Positions 25,081-34,253 of a DNA stretch of 64,000 bases are shown here, in pieces; position 1 is the stretch's first letter, and each line of letters starts with the position of its first letter. The notes beneath the pieces are model-generated. The model had not been told where the DNA came from, made no database searches, and was given only the letters and a program-made list of their open reading frames with translations. The position numbers and the translations under genes were made by a program. The stretch spans positions 32,953 to 96,952 of the forward strand of contig CAWFLT010000006.1 of assembly GCA_963816795.1 (NCBI GenBank), given 5' to 3'. The DNA is from an uncultured Acidobacteriota bacterium. GTDB taxonomy: Bacteria > Acidobacteriota > Vicinamibacteria > Vicinamibacterales > SCN-69-37.

Positions 25081-26274
25081 ATGGCCTCGTATTTCTCGCA
25101 TCTCGAATGCTCCGTGCCGTGTGGCGCCGGCCCGTTCGATCCTCGACAGATTCATCACCTCTGCTCGTGTGGCGCCCCGTTGCTGGCGCGCTACGACCTG
25201 ACGGCCGCGCGGAAATGGTCGCGCGACTCGCTCGCCGGGCGCGAGTCGTCGATGTGGCGGTATCGCGAGCTGATGCCGCTCCTCGAGTCGGGATCCGGCG
25301 ACGAGGAGCCGATCACGCTCGGTGAAGGGTGGACGCCGCTCCTCCATGCCCGCCGCCTCGGCGCGTCGCTCGGGTTGAGCCGGCTCTACGTCAAAGACGA
25401 ATCTCCCAACCCGACGAATTCGTTCAAGGCCCGTGGGCTCTCGGCCGCCGTCACCCGTGCCTTCTACCTGGGCGCCAAGGTCCTGTCGGTGCCGACCGCC
25501 GGCAATGCCGGGAACGCGATGGCCGCGTACGCGGCGCACGCCGGTCTCGAGGCGCAGGTCTTCATGCCGCGCGACGTCAAGGCGCCGTTCATCCGCGAGT
25601 GTGAGTTGTATGGCGCGGACGTCACCCTGGTCGACGGACTGATCACCGACGCCGGCCGGATCGCCGCCGAGCGTGGCAAGCCGCTCGGCTGGTACGACGT
25701 GTCGACCCTCAAGGAGCCCTACCGGATCGAAGGCAAGAAGACGATGGGCTACGAAGTGGCGGAGCAGTTTGGGTGGGAGTTGCCCGACTGGATCATCTAC
25801 CCCACTGGCGGCGGTACCGGCATGGTCGGCATGTGGAAGGCGTTCAGCGAGCTCTCGGCGCTCGGCTGGATCGACCCGGTGCGCCGGCCGCATATGGTCA
25901 CGGTGCAGGCGTCGGGCTGCGCGCCGATTGTCCGCGCGTTCGCCGCCGGAGCCGAAAAAGCGGCGCCCTGGGAGCACGCGCACACTATCGCCGACGGCCT
26001 GCGCGTGCCACGCGCCATCGGCGACTTCCTGGTCCTGCGCGCTCTACGCGAGAGCGGCGGCGCCGCGGTCGCGGTCGGCGATGCCGAGATGGTGGACGCG
26101 ATGAAGGACCTGGGCCGCCTTGAAGGCATCAGCGCGGCCCCCGAAGGTGGCGCGGGCCTGCAGGCCCTCCGCGTGCTCATCAGCGACGGCCGCATCAAGC
26201 CCCAAGACCGCGTCGTCCTGTTCAACACCGGCGGCGCGCTCAAGTACCTGGACGTGCTCGCACCCAGCACCTAG
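25081..26274 (+). CDS. thrC: Threonine synthase (PLP, fold type II)
   Basis: LGEGWTPL, NPTNSFKARG, TAGNAG, EGKKTMG, PTGGGTG. Confidence 0.88.
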   Translation: MASYFSHLECSVPCGAGPFDPRQIHHLCSCGAPLLARYDLTAARKWSRDSLAGRESSMWRYRELMPLLESGSGDEEPITLGEGWTPLLHARRLGASLGLSRLYVKDESPNPTNSFKARGLSAAVTRAFYLGAKVLSVPTAGNAGNAMAAYAAHAGLEAQVFMPRDVKAPFIRECELYGADVTLVDGLITDAGRIAAERGKPLGWYDVSTLKEPYRIEGKKTMGYEVAEQFGWELPDWIIYPTGGGTGMVGMWKAFSELSALGWIDPVRRPHMVTVQASGCAPIVRAFAAGAEKAAPWEHAHTIADGLRVPRAIGDFLVLRALRESGGAAVAVGDAEMVDAMKDLGRLEGISAAPEGGAGLQALRVLISDGRIKPQDRVVLFNTGGALKYLDVLAPST

Positions 26275-26301
26275 CACCCAGCACCCAGCACCCAGCACCC
26301 A
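26260..26301. repeat. Heptamer tandem repeat (GCACCCA) x6
   Basis: Six units, one variant GCACCTA that supplies the thrC stop; fills the gap between thrC and the asparaginase gene. Confidence 0.9.
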
Positions 26302-26303
26302 AA

Positions 26304-27306
26304 ATGATTGCGCTCCTGTTCACTGGCGGCACGATCTCGATGAAGCTCGACCCGGCGAGCGGCGCGGCGATTCCTGCGCTCGGCGCCGACGAGATCGTGG
26401 CTCAGGTCCCGGCGCTCGCCGGCGTGGCTGATTTCGAAACGGAGGACTTCTCGCGGCTGCCCGGACCGCACGTCACGCCCGAGCAAATGTGGCGGCTGGC
26501 CCGGCGGGTCGCCGCCTGGCTCGATCGGCCAGACATCGACGGCCTGGTCGTCACGCACGGGACCGACACCATCGAGGAGACGGCGTTCTTTCTCGACCTG
26601 GTGTTGACCTCGGAGAAGCCGGTCGTGCTCGTGGGCGCGATGCGGACGATCTCCGACCTGAGCTGGGATGGTCCTGCCAATCTCCTCGCCGCGGCCCGCG
26701 TCGCGGCAAGTCCGGCCGCGCGCGGCTACGGCGTGCTCGTCGTGATGGACGAAAACATCCTGCCGGCGCGCGAGGTCCGCAAGGTCCACACCGAGTCGTC
26801 AGGATCGTTCGCGACGCCGGAGTTCGGTCCGCTCGGGGTGATCGACGCCGGCGCGGTGATCTTCAAGCGCCAGCGACTGCCCCGCCCGGCATGGATCGAC
26901 ACGAACGCGGAGCGCGGCCTCCGCCTGCAGCGGATCGAACCCGCCGTCGAGTTGCTGCAGACCTACACAGGGATGAGCGATCGCCTGCTCCGCTCCGTCC
27001 TCAGCAGCGGCGCGCGCGGCCTCGCGCTCGTCGCCTTCGGTCGCGGCAACGTGCCGCCGCAGATCATGCCGGCCGTCAGTGACGCCGTACGGGCAGGAAT
27101 GCTGGTGACCGTCTCTTCACGTTGCGTCGCCGGCCGGGTCAGCCCACGCTACGGCTACGACGGCGGCGGCCTCCGCCTGACTCAGGCCGGCGCGATCCTC
27201 GCCGGCGATCTTTCGGGCGCCAAGGCGCGGCTCCTGCAGATGGTGGCGTTGGGATTGACAGGTGAAACTCGGGCGGCCGGCGAGCTCATTCGAAGAGATG
27301 ATCTAA
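26304..27306 (+). CDS. L-asparaginase (cytoplasmic type); 3' end uncertain
   Basis: TGGTISM, HGTDTIEET, GRGNV, SSRC, KARL; the ORF runs on to 27608 over the PIN gene, and the end given assumes one indel near 27290. Confidence 0.88.
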
Positions 27307-27327
27307 CTGCCAACGATTCTGGCTTAC

Positions 27328-27436
27328 AGGCGCGGGGCCCCACCCCCGCGCCTCGGGCCCGCGCCGGAGGGCGGCGCGGGGTGTCCGCTTTGCTCTTCTC
27401 CGTGGCCTCCAGCTTTTCTCCGTGGCCTCGTTCTTC
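27328..27436. repeat. Composite REP-like element (copy 1)
   Basis: Hairpin GCGCGGGGCCCCACCCCCGCGC plus CTCCGTGGCCTC twice; homologous to 47677-47797. Confidence 0.75.
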
Positions 27437-27810
27437 TACGTCCAAATTACGGGAACGCCGTACGCCTCAAACGCGCGATCGTGCGTCACAATTGTGGCCC
27501 CTTCGACGCGGGCTTGCGCGATCAACAGCCGGTCGAACGGATCGCTATGGTGACGCGGCAGGCGCTCGAAGTCCTCGGTGTGGCTCAGGGCCACAGGCAG
27601 CTCGGTGAAATCATCGGCGGCGATCATGATGCGGAACGACTCGCCGAGTCGCAATCGGCCCTGTGCCATTTTGATCGCGACCTCCCAACCGGTCACCGCG
27701 CTGACCCACACGACATCAGCTCTGGCAATCGCACGCCTGGCCTCCTGGCGGAGGCGCCTGTCCTCGCGCTGCCACCAGATGGCCGCATGCGTATCGAGCA
27801 GGAGCTTCAT
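27436..27810 (-). CDS. vapC: PIN-domain (VapC) toxin
   Basis: LLLDTH, SAVTGWEVAIK, HSDPFDRLLIAQA, IVTHD. Confidence 0.93.
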   Translation of the reverse strand: MKLLLDTHAAIWWQREDRRLRQEARRAIARADVVWVSAVTGWEVAIKMAQGRLRLGESFRIMIAADDFTELPVALSHTEDFERLPRHHSDPFDRLLIAQARVEGATIVTHDRAFEAYGVPVIWT

Positions 27811-28046
27811 TCGATCTTGCTGTTGTAGAAACTGTCGATGATCTCCTGCGGCAGTGGCGCATCGAAATCATCCGACACCCAGATCTTGCCCTTGAACCGG
27901 CCGGGCTTCCGTAATGGCCGATCCCGAAACGGCACGAGCTTGGCCATCGGCTTGCCGTTCTTGGCGATGATGATCTCGGCGCCTGCTGCCGCGTCATCCA
28001 CCAATGCCGACAGCCGTGTCTTGGCCTCGTAGAGATTCAACGTCAT
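27807..28046 (-). CDS. Phd/YefM-family antitoxin
   Basis: NLYEAKTRLSALV, EIIIAKNGKPMAKLVP, DDFDAPLP; 4-nt overlap with the toxin. Confidence 0.93.
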   Translation of the reverse strand: MTLNLYEAKTRLSALVDDAAAGAEIIIAKNGKPMAKLVPFRDRPLRKPGRFKGKIWVSDDFDAPLPQEIIDSFYNSKIE

Positions 28047-28053
28047 GACGACG

Positions 28054-28096
28054 ACGCTACCATCGTCGCTCGAAGTTGGTCAAGTTGGTCAAGTGT
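28054..28096 (-). promoter_or_regulatory. TA promoter with direct-repeat operator
   Basis: Minus strand ACTTGACCA twice, TTGACC-18 nt-TAGCGT, ATG 7 nt after the -10 (leaderless geometry). Confidence 0.55.
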
Positions 28097-28112
28097 TACA
28101 GGCGCGGGGCTG

Positions 28113-29198
28113 TTAATCGCCGAAGGAGATCCCAACGCTTCTGGCCGTTCTGATCACGTCGCTGTCGAGCGGCACGTTGCGGGTGCGGCCGACAACGCGG
28201 TCGAGCGGGATGGCGACGAGGTCGGGTGACCTGAGCGCCGTCATGACGCCGAACTCGCCCCGCTGCAGCAGTTCCACTGCAAAGGCGCCGAATCGCGTCG
28301 CGAGCACGCGGTCGTAGGCCAGCGGCGAGCCGCCGCGCTGCAAGTGCCCGAGCACGACGAAGCGCGTTTCCTTGGCCGTCAAGTGCTCGATCCCCGTGCA
28401 CACCAGTTCGGCGATGCCCCCCAGCCGCTCGGCCTTGATCGGGCGTGCCGATCTCGAGCACCGAGCGCGTGCCGCTCACCGGGACCGCGCCCTCGGCGAT
28501 CACCATGATGCTGAATCGCGCGCCGAGCCGTTCGCGGTCGAGAATCCGTTCGGCCACCTTGTGCAGGTCGAACGGAATCTCAGGAATGAGCACGATGTCG
28601 GCCCCGCCGCCGATCCCGGCATAGAGGGCGATCCAGCCGGCATACCGGCCCATCACCTCGACCCCATCACGCGATGGTGCGACTCCGCGGTCGTGTGCAG
28701 CCGGTCGAGCGCCTCGGTCGCGAACGCGACCGCCGTGTCGAACCCGAACGTCATCGTCGTTTCTGGAATGTCGTTGTCGATGGTCTTCGGCACACCGACG
28801 ATGGGAATCCCGCGCAGGTGAAAGGTGTGCGCGATCGTCAAGGTGCCATCGCCGCCGATGACGACGAGCGCGTCGAGGCGCAGTTTGTGGAAATTCTCGA
28901 CACACCGATCCGAGTAGTCGACTTCCCCATCGCCGGTCGCGAGCGGATAGGCAAACGGATTGCCGCGGTTGGTGGTCCCGAGGATGGTGCCGCCAAGTCG
29001 AAGGATGCCGGTGACGTCGCGCAGCGTGAGCAACCGCGAGCGTTCGGGATAGATGAGGCCGTCGAAACTATCTTCGAGTCCGACGCATTCGATCCCGGCC
29101 GTGGTCGCCGACTTGACGACGGCGCGGATCACGGCGTTCAGTCCCGGCGCGTCACCGCCACCGGTCAACACACCAATTCGTCTGATGGATGCAGGCAT
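28113..29198 (-). CDS. pfkA: 6-phosphofructokinase (two frameshifts)
   Basis: GVLTGGGDAPGLN, GGTILGT, IGGDGT, PKTIDND, EVMGRYAGW, LGHLQRGG. Confidence 0.93.
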
Positions 29199-29273
29199 GG
29201 ACGGGCGTAAGTCTAGCAGGCTGCAGCGAACGCCTGCCTGCACTCCAGGCGTCGCCGTTCGCTGACGAAGGGG

Positions 29274-29504
29274 CTAGACGGTAACCAGATCGCCGCGCTC
29301 CACGCGCTGGCGCAGCAGCGTGTCGACACCCTCCTCGCGAATCCACAGGTCCACGTCATGCGCGCGCGAGAGGCTCATCCCTTCCCCGAAGACGCGATAC
29401 CACTGGTGAAACTGTCCGCACGGTCTGGGGCCGAGCCACAGATGGTAGGTCAGGGCGTCGAGCTTGTAGATGACGACGTCGTTCGAACCGGGCTGACGAT
29501 TCAT
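29274..29504 (-). CDS. Small hypothetical protein
   Basis: 76-aa ATG ORF with protein-like composition; TACACT -10 hexamer 6 nt upstream. Confidence 0.55.
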   Translation of the reverse strand: MNRQPGSNDVVIYKLDALTYHLWLGPRPCGQFHQWYRVFGEGMSLSRAHDVDLWIREEGVDTLLRQRVERGDLVTV

Positions 29505-29572
29505 GGCTCAAGTGTACGCGGGCTGCATCACGATACGGTGACTGCGGGATGAAATCGGCGATACTCGGCGGC

Positions 29573-30028
29573 ATGACCAGACGTCGCAAGTGGGCGGCCG
29601 CAGTGGCGGCAGTGGCCGGTGGGCTGGCAGGCGCAGTCGGACTGATGATCGCGCTCAATCCGGCGCCTCATGTGCCGGCCGTGTCGGCGAGTGAAGCGCT
29701 GGACACCAGACGACCGTACGTCATCAAACTGCACGCACGCTGGTGCGTCGTCTGCATGATGACCAAAGACTCGTGGGCCACGGTGCAGGACGCGTATGCC
29801 GGCACGGTCAGATTCGCCGTGTTCGACTTCACGACGGACGCGACCGCCGAAGCGAGCCGCATCGAGGCAGCGCGACTGGGCCTCAGCGCGGTCTTCGAGG
29901 AGTACAGTGGCGAAACCGGCAGTGTGCTGATCCTCGACGGCGCGTCGAAGGACGTGATCGACGCCGTGCGGGGTCATCATCCGCTCGAGGCCTACCGAAA
30001 CGCGATCGACGCGGTCCTCGCCCGCTAA
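29573..30028 (+). CDS. Membrane-anchored or exported thioredoxin-like protein
   Basis: N-terminal hydrophobic segment, YVIKLHARWCVVC (CxxC), FAVFDFT. Confidence 0.7.
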   Translation: MTRRRKWAAAVAAVAGGLAGAVGLMIALNPAPHVPAVSASEALDTRRPYVIKLHARWCVVCMMTKDSWATVQDAYAGTVRFAVFDFTTDATAEASRIEAARLGLSAVFEEYSGETGSVLILDGASKDVIDAVRGHHPLEAYRNAIDAVLAR

Positions 30029-30089
30029 TCCCGTAAGGACGGGAGAGGCGGGATCCGATTCGTCATGAACGTCGGCTAGCCGACAATCC

Positions 30090-30118
30090 TTGACGGCACC
30101 TGGGTGTAGCCTTATTAT
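30090..30118 (+). promoter_or_regulatory. Sigma-70 promoter
   Basis: TTGACG-17 nt-TATTAT upstream of the 30148 ORF. Confidence 0.6.
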
Positions 30119-30147
30119 CGGAGGCCGATACTCGGCCCCAGCATGCC

Positions 30148-30387
30148 ATGTCCGACTCTGGCCCCGTGACCGTACCGGTTCACTGCCAACACTGTCGCGG
30201 ACAGGTGAGCCTTCAGACGGGGGACTGGCCCGTCGGCTGGCGGCCGGCAAAGATCGCGTCGGTAGAGCTCTTCGAGTGCTTCGCTCAATTCTGGCTCTGC
30301 CCGTACTGCGAGCGGTCGAATACCGGGAACTTCCCCGCACAAATCATCTGGGTGAGCAAAGGCCACGGGCCGGAGCCCATGGCGTAG
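30148..30387 (+). CDS. Small Cys4 zinc-ribbon protein
   Basis: CQHC...WLCPYC; clear promoter upstream. Confidence 0.65.
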   Translation: MSDSGPVTVPVHCQHCRGQVSLQTGDWPVGWRPAKIASVELFECFAQFWLCPYCERSNTGNFPAQIIWVSKGHGPEPMA

Positions 30388-30483
30388 CTCGCTTCATTCG
30401 ACGACCGGCTTTCACGCACGGTCCGGCCAGCAGATTCTCGTACGGAACACCTCGCGGTGCTCGCGCCTTGACGGCCCGTGCCG

Positions 30484-30645
30484 CTACGTGGCGGATGTCG
30501 CGGCAGCGTCCGGGATGTGCTGCGGCACATGCCAAACGTGAGTACAGTCCTGGCAGCGGTAATAGTTCACGACGGCCTCCACGCTGGGAGGTGCGAGCCA
30601 TTTCACGCGTGGTGAGGAGCATTGCGGGCATTTCGTGTGGGGCAT
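30484..30645 (-). CDS. 53-aa Cys4 zinc-ribbon microprotein (absent from the ORF track)
   Basis: Manual translation MPHTKCPQCSSPRVKWLAPPSVEAVVNYYRCQDCTHVWHVPQHIPDAAATSAT*. Confidence 0.7.
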   Translation of the reverse strand: MPHTKCPQCSSPRVKWLAPPSVEAVVNYYRCQDCTHVWHVPQHIPDAAATSAT

Positions 30646-30770
30646 CTGAGCGATCTCGCGAACGGAACCAGCCCGCTACTCTACACGGTTCGTGTGACGG
30701 TGGTGTGGCAGGGAGCGACAATGGCCGCAGCGCGCGATGGTTGGTATAGGATGCGACCGATCAACGGGCG

Positions 30771-31241
30771 TCAAACGGAAACTTCGGCCGTCCCGAACAC
30801 CCAAACGTTCCGGATCTTTCTGGGTTTGGCTGGGTTATAGGGGTTTGACTTGGGTGTCGGATTCAACGGGACCTGTGTCGGCAGCGCCGTGTACGCAGCT
30901 GGATTCTTACCGAGCAGAGCGCTATTGAGCACCAGAATCGTGTACACGGTTTTGGAAATGGAAGACACCTGACCGAAGGCCCGATCGATGCGGCTATCCA
31001 CCCGTACATTCACGCCGGCTTTCTTCGAGTCCTCCCGAAACTGCTTGATCCAACCGATCGTGATCGGTCCGATGTAGCCGTCGATCTTCAGGTGCGCCGC
31101 CGGTTGACCGTAGTAGTGCCTCAGCATGTACTGCACCAGCTTCACGTCGCCCGAGGCATTGGGGGCATTAGGGCCCACGGCCTGGTCGACGTTGTACCCT
31201 TTCGGGTCCTGAGGCTTCGCGCTTGGAATGACGTGGGCCAT
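30771..31241 (-). CDS. Hypothetical protein with a peptidoglycan-binding-like motif
   Basis: DVKLVQYML...LKIDGYIGPITIGWIKQF resembles PG_binding_1; GGAG ribosome-binding site. Confidence 0.6.
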   Translation of the reverse strand: MAHVIPSAKPQDPKGYNVDQAVGPNAPNASGDVKLVQYMLRHYYGQPAAHLKIDGYIGPITIGWIKQFREDSKKAGVNVRVDSRIDRAFGQVSSISKTVYTILVLNSALLGKNPAAYTALPTQVPLNPTPKSNPYNPAKPRKIRNVWVFGTAEVSV

Positions 31242-31327
31242 AGTGCGTCTCCGACGTAACCCGTCGCTACCTCGACTTTAACTCACTCCACGGGAACCCT
31301 TCAATTGCGCCGCCCGGTAACAGTAGT

Positions 31328-31834
31328 TCAGATTTTCAGATCGCGCGCCGTCACCCTAAAGACCAGGAAGGCCACCGCGCAGATGACCATGAGCCAGAAC
31401 ACCGTTGGAAAACCGAGCGGGCGACTCCATGCAGCCAGGAGGAATCCGGCGGACATCACCAGAGTTGCAAGTGAAAGGTACCCGACCATCCCAGGCAGAT
31501 ACTTTCCGACTCGCGGTGGTTTGCGCCGAGTCGTAGACGAGGCCCGGCGTTTCCGCCTGGTAGTGGACGAGGCCCTTCGGGGACGGTCACCATCGGCGGG
31601 CCGATTCGATCGCGTGGTTGCTTCAGCAGAGCCGCGGGCGTGGCTACCCTGGAGCGTTCGATAGGCAGTGGTGATCCGCTTCACATTCTCTTCGGCCTTC
31701 GCGTAGAGGCTCGGATCTCCGCAGAACCGGTCTGGATGCCAAACTTTCGCGAGGTCCCGATACCCCTCCTTAATCTGCGCCTCTGACGCAGTCGGAGGCA
31801 GGCCGAGAATGTCGAGTGCTTCGCCTCTATCCAT
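31328..31834 (-). CDS. J-domain (DnaJ-like) membrane protein
   Basis: ALDILGL...IKEGYRDLAKVWHPDRF; two C-terminal TM helices; internal duplication RRASSTTRRK. Confidence 0.8.
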   Translation of the reverse strand: MDRGEALDILGLPPTASEAQIKEGYRDLAKVWHPDRFCGDPSLYAKAEENVKRITTAYRTLQGSHARGSAEATTRSNRPADGDRPRRASSTTRRKRRASSTTRRKPPRVGKYLPGMVGYLSLATLVMSAGFLLAAWSRPLGFPTVFWLMVICAVAFLVFRVTARDLKI

Positions 31835-32039
31835 GGTCGCGTTTCTCGAAGACAGCCTCTCGTTGACGATGTCGGCTGCGCCACCTTCTACCTTCGGTGG
31901 TCCAGTCGGCCCTCAAAGTAAGCGAACCTCAAGGTCGGTAAGCGTGCGATGGTCTGGATTCTCGCACAGTGCAGCGTGGCACGCTCGCAACGCGCCGGCC
32001 GGAGCGACGCTTCGCTCCCTTTGGGGGAGACGGAAGACA

Positions 32040-32437
32040 CAACGGGCCCAGGTTATCGGCGACGTTAACCACCCAAAGCCCAGCGTGAGCATCCCGGTCA
32101 CGGGCGCGACAAATGAGAATTGCCCGTAGCCGGTTTGGTCGAAAGGCGGCTCCGCCGGGAAGAACACCGAACCCGTGTCGGCCAGCTCGGTCAGGACACC
32201 GTTGATCGCGACAAACGCCGTGTCGTTAACGAGGGGTGAGGGGAGTGTCGGCTCGGCGGTCACAAAGTTCCGCTGGAAACCAAGGATCTCCCCAGCGGTC
32301 GCGGCAAACGTCTGCTGGAAGCCGGATCCGTTGACAGCGTTGCCTCCCACCACGGTGTCAATGCTGCCGGCAGCGAGCCCGAGAAAGATGTCAAGCGCGG
32401 TGTCGGTCACGGAGGTGGTGCTCTGCGCCATCGCCTG
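32040..32437 (-). pseudogene. Internal fragment of a secreted beta-sandwich protein resembling PEP-CTERM-type exoproteins
   Basis: LDIFLGLAAGSID...GSGFQQTF...NDTAFV...LADT...TGYGQFSF...LTLGFG(VVNVAD after a frameshift); no signal peptide or sorting tail; family assignment from memory. Confidence 0.5.
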
Positions 32438-32569
32438 TCAGATCCGCCTGGATCTTCACCCCATCGGCATCCGCGGAACGTCGCGGTCCGTCGCCCATCT
32501 GAGACGTCGTTGCGGCCGGCGTGCAACTGCTCCAGTCGGAGCCCGGTCGATGGGTCATCGTGCTGGCTA

Positions 32570-32764
32570 GGCTACGGTGGGCAACCTCCGCCACTCGGGC
32601 CGTCGCGTGGCTTGCCAACCGTAGCCACGAGCGCAAGCGAGTGTTTGGCGGAGGGATGCGAGTGGTCGCCTTCGCTAGACATCGCTGACGCGACAGCTTC
32701 GGGGGACAACCTTGGCGTGGCTTGCCAACCGTAGCTGCGAGCGAAGCGAGCGGTTAGCGAAGGT
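32570..32764. repeat. Tandem REP-like palindromes downstream of tRNA-Ala
   Basis: GCGTGGCTTGCCAACCGTAGC twice (about 32605 and 32716), each the right arm of a hairpin and followed by GAGCG(C/A)AGCGAG. Confidence 0.75.
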
Positions 32765-32840
<76 letters not shown>

Positions 32841-32861
32841 ACGAGACGACCTCTAACCTTA

Positions 32862-33098
32862 TCACGGCTCCGCTGGCCCTTCTTTTTTCTGAAGCTGCTC
32901 TATCATCCCGCGCAACGCCTGAGCCGCGATCGCCTGGGCGAGCGCCGCGGTCCGGAAGCCTTCCAGCGCCTCGGGCGTCGTCTCGCCGGCCAGCGCGTCG
33001 ACCGCCGGCGCGAGCTCGCGGAGGCGGTCGGAGGCGGCGATCGCGCCCTGCCAGGCATTCTTCAGGGCGAGCAGCGTCGTCGAATCGAGGGTCATCAT
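32862..33098 (-). CDS. Small helical hypothetical protein
   Basis: MMTLDSTTLLALKNAWQ..., GGAG before the ATG, Ala/Leu/Glu-rich. Confidence 0.6.
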   Translation of the reverse strand: MMTLDSTTLLALKNAWQGAIAASDRLRELAPAVDALAGETTPEALEGFRTAALAQAIAAQALRGMIEQLQKKEGPAEP

Positions 33099-33131
33099 GG
33101 CTCCAGGAGGTGGCGGTACAATCAACTCGCG

Positions 33132-33359
33132 ATGCCTATTTTCGAGTACGTCTGCCGCGACTGTCATCACCAGTTCGAGACAATCGTCACCGCGAGCCGG
33201 ACAGCGGTGTGCCCCGGCTGCCAGAGCCAACGCCTCGAGAAGCAGTTGTCGGTCTTCGCCGTCGGCGGTCCGCGCGAGACGCGGGCGGCCGCGTCCGGTC
33301 CGGCGCCTTGCGGATCGTGCGGCGACCCGCGCGGTGCCGGGAGTTGCCGCGTCAACTGA
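33132..33359 (+). CDS. FmdB-family zinc-ribbon protein
   Basis: MPIFEYVCRDC..FE...CPGC...LS.F plus a Cys-rich tail. Confidence 0.88.
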   Translation: MPIFEYVCRDCHHQFETIVTASRTAVCPGCQSQRLEKQLSVFAVGGPRETRAAASGPAPCGSCGDPRGAGSCRVN

Positions 33360-33604
33360 GGCCGGGTCCCGGCCTCGATTGCTCCGCAATTCGGTTGGGA
33401 CCGGGCCATCTGCCCGCGTCGTCGAGTCGCTTTCGACGCGTAAATTCCGCGAGTCCGGGAGTTGGACTCCTCCTGGGACTAGGCACGTTCTGTGCCGAGG
33501 TGTCGCGGCGCAAGGCCATTCGGGGTGCCGGCCCGCGCGGCGTGGCGGCTGCCGATGCCACGAACGGTCGAGGTTCCGTTGGATGCTGAGGCTAGAATGG
33601 CGCT

Positions 33605-34253
33605 ATGCGCCTTCTTCCGCTCATCGCCTCGGTCGCCCTGCTTGGCAGCGCTCTGGCAGGCGCAGCCGCCGTCACCGGCGCCGTCGCCGGTTGAACTGGC
33701 CCGGCAGGTTCAGGCGCATTACGACAAAGCGCAGGACTTCTCGGCCGATTTCACGGTGACCTACCAGGGGGCGCTCCTGCGCCAGAAGGCCGTCGAGAAA
33801 GGCAACGTCCGGCTGAAGAAGCCGAACCGGATGTGGTGGAAGTACACGGCGCCCGATAAGCGGGAGTACGTGGCGGACGGAACACGGTTCTACAGTTACT
33901 CGCCGCAGGACAAGCTCGGGACGGAGGGGCCGCTGGCGGACGTCTCCGACAGTTCCACGTTCCTGCTCTTCCTGGCTGGGAAGGGGAACCTCGTGCGCGA
34001 TTTCACGCCGGAGTTGGCGACGGTCCAGCCGGCGGACCAATGGCACCTCCGGCTCACGCCCAAAACGAAGCAAGCGGATTACGAGACGTTGACGTTGATG
34101 GTGGATCGGCGGACGTTGGACCTCCGTGGGCTGGCGCAGCAGTCGGCCAGCGGCACGCACACCTTCACGTTCACCGGATTCCGCTCGAACATCGGACTCA
34201 AGGACAGCGATTTCGTATTCAGGTTCCCGGCCAACGCGGTGATCAAAAAATGA
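33605..34253 (+). CDS. lolA: Outer-membrane lipoprotein carrier LolA (frameshift in the signal peptide)
   Basis: FSADF, G.VRLKKPNRMWWKY..P, YVADG, FVFRFP; signal peptide MRLLPLIASVALLGSAL in the adjacent frame. Confidence 0.85.

Larger units (their letters stand above)
27324..28110. mobile_element. Small TA cassette bounded by a 15-bp direct repeat
   Basis: TTACAGGCGCGGGGC at 27324-27338 and 28096-28110 encloses a REP-like element, toxin, antitoxin and promoter; no transposase. Confidence 0.5.

Noticed and set aside
26260-26301. Short repeats as a possible CRISPR array (also 1417-1451, 8851-8945, 32570-32764)
   Set aside because: No constant 23-47 nt repeats with unique spacers and no cas genes
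29274-32764. Prophage, integron or defence island
   Set aside because: No integrase, phage structural genes, attC-like array or recognisable defence domains
33481-33497. GGCAC-N5-GTGCC palindrome with GG-N10-GC spacing upstream of lolA as a sigma-54 promoter
   Set aside because: It lacks the TGG and TTGC consensus bases, and a sigma-70 -10 next to the lolA start explains expression better
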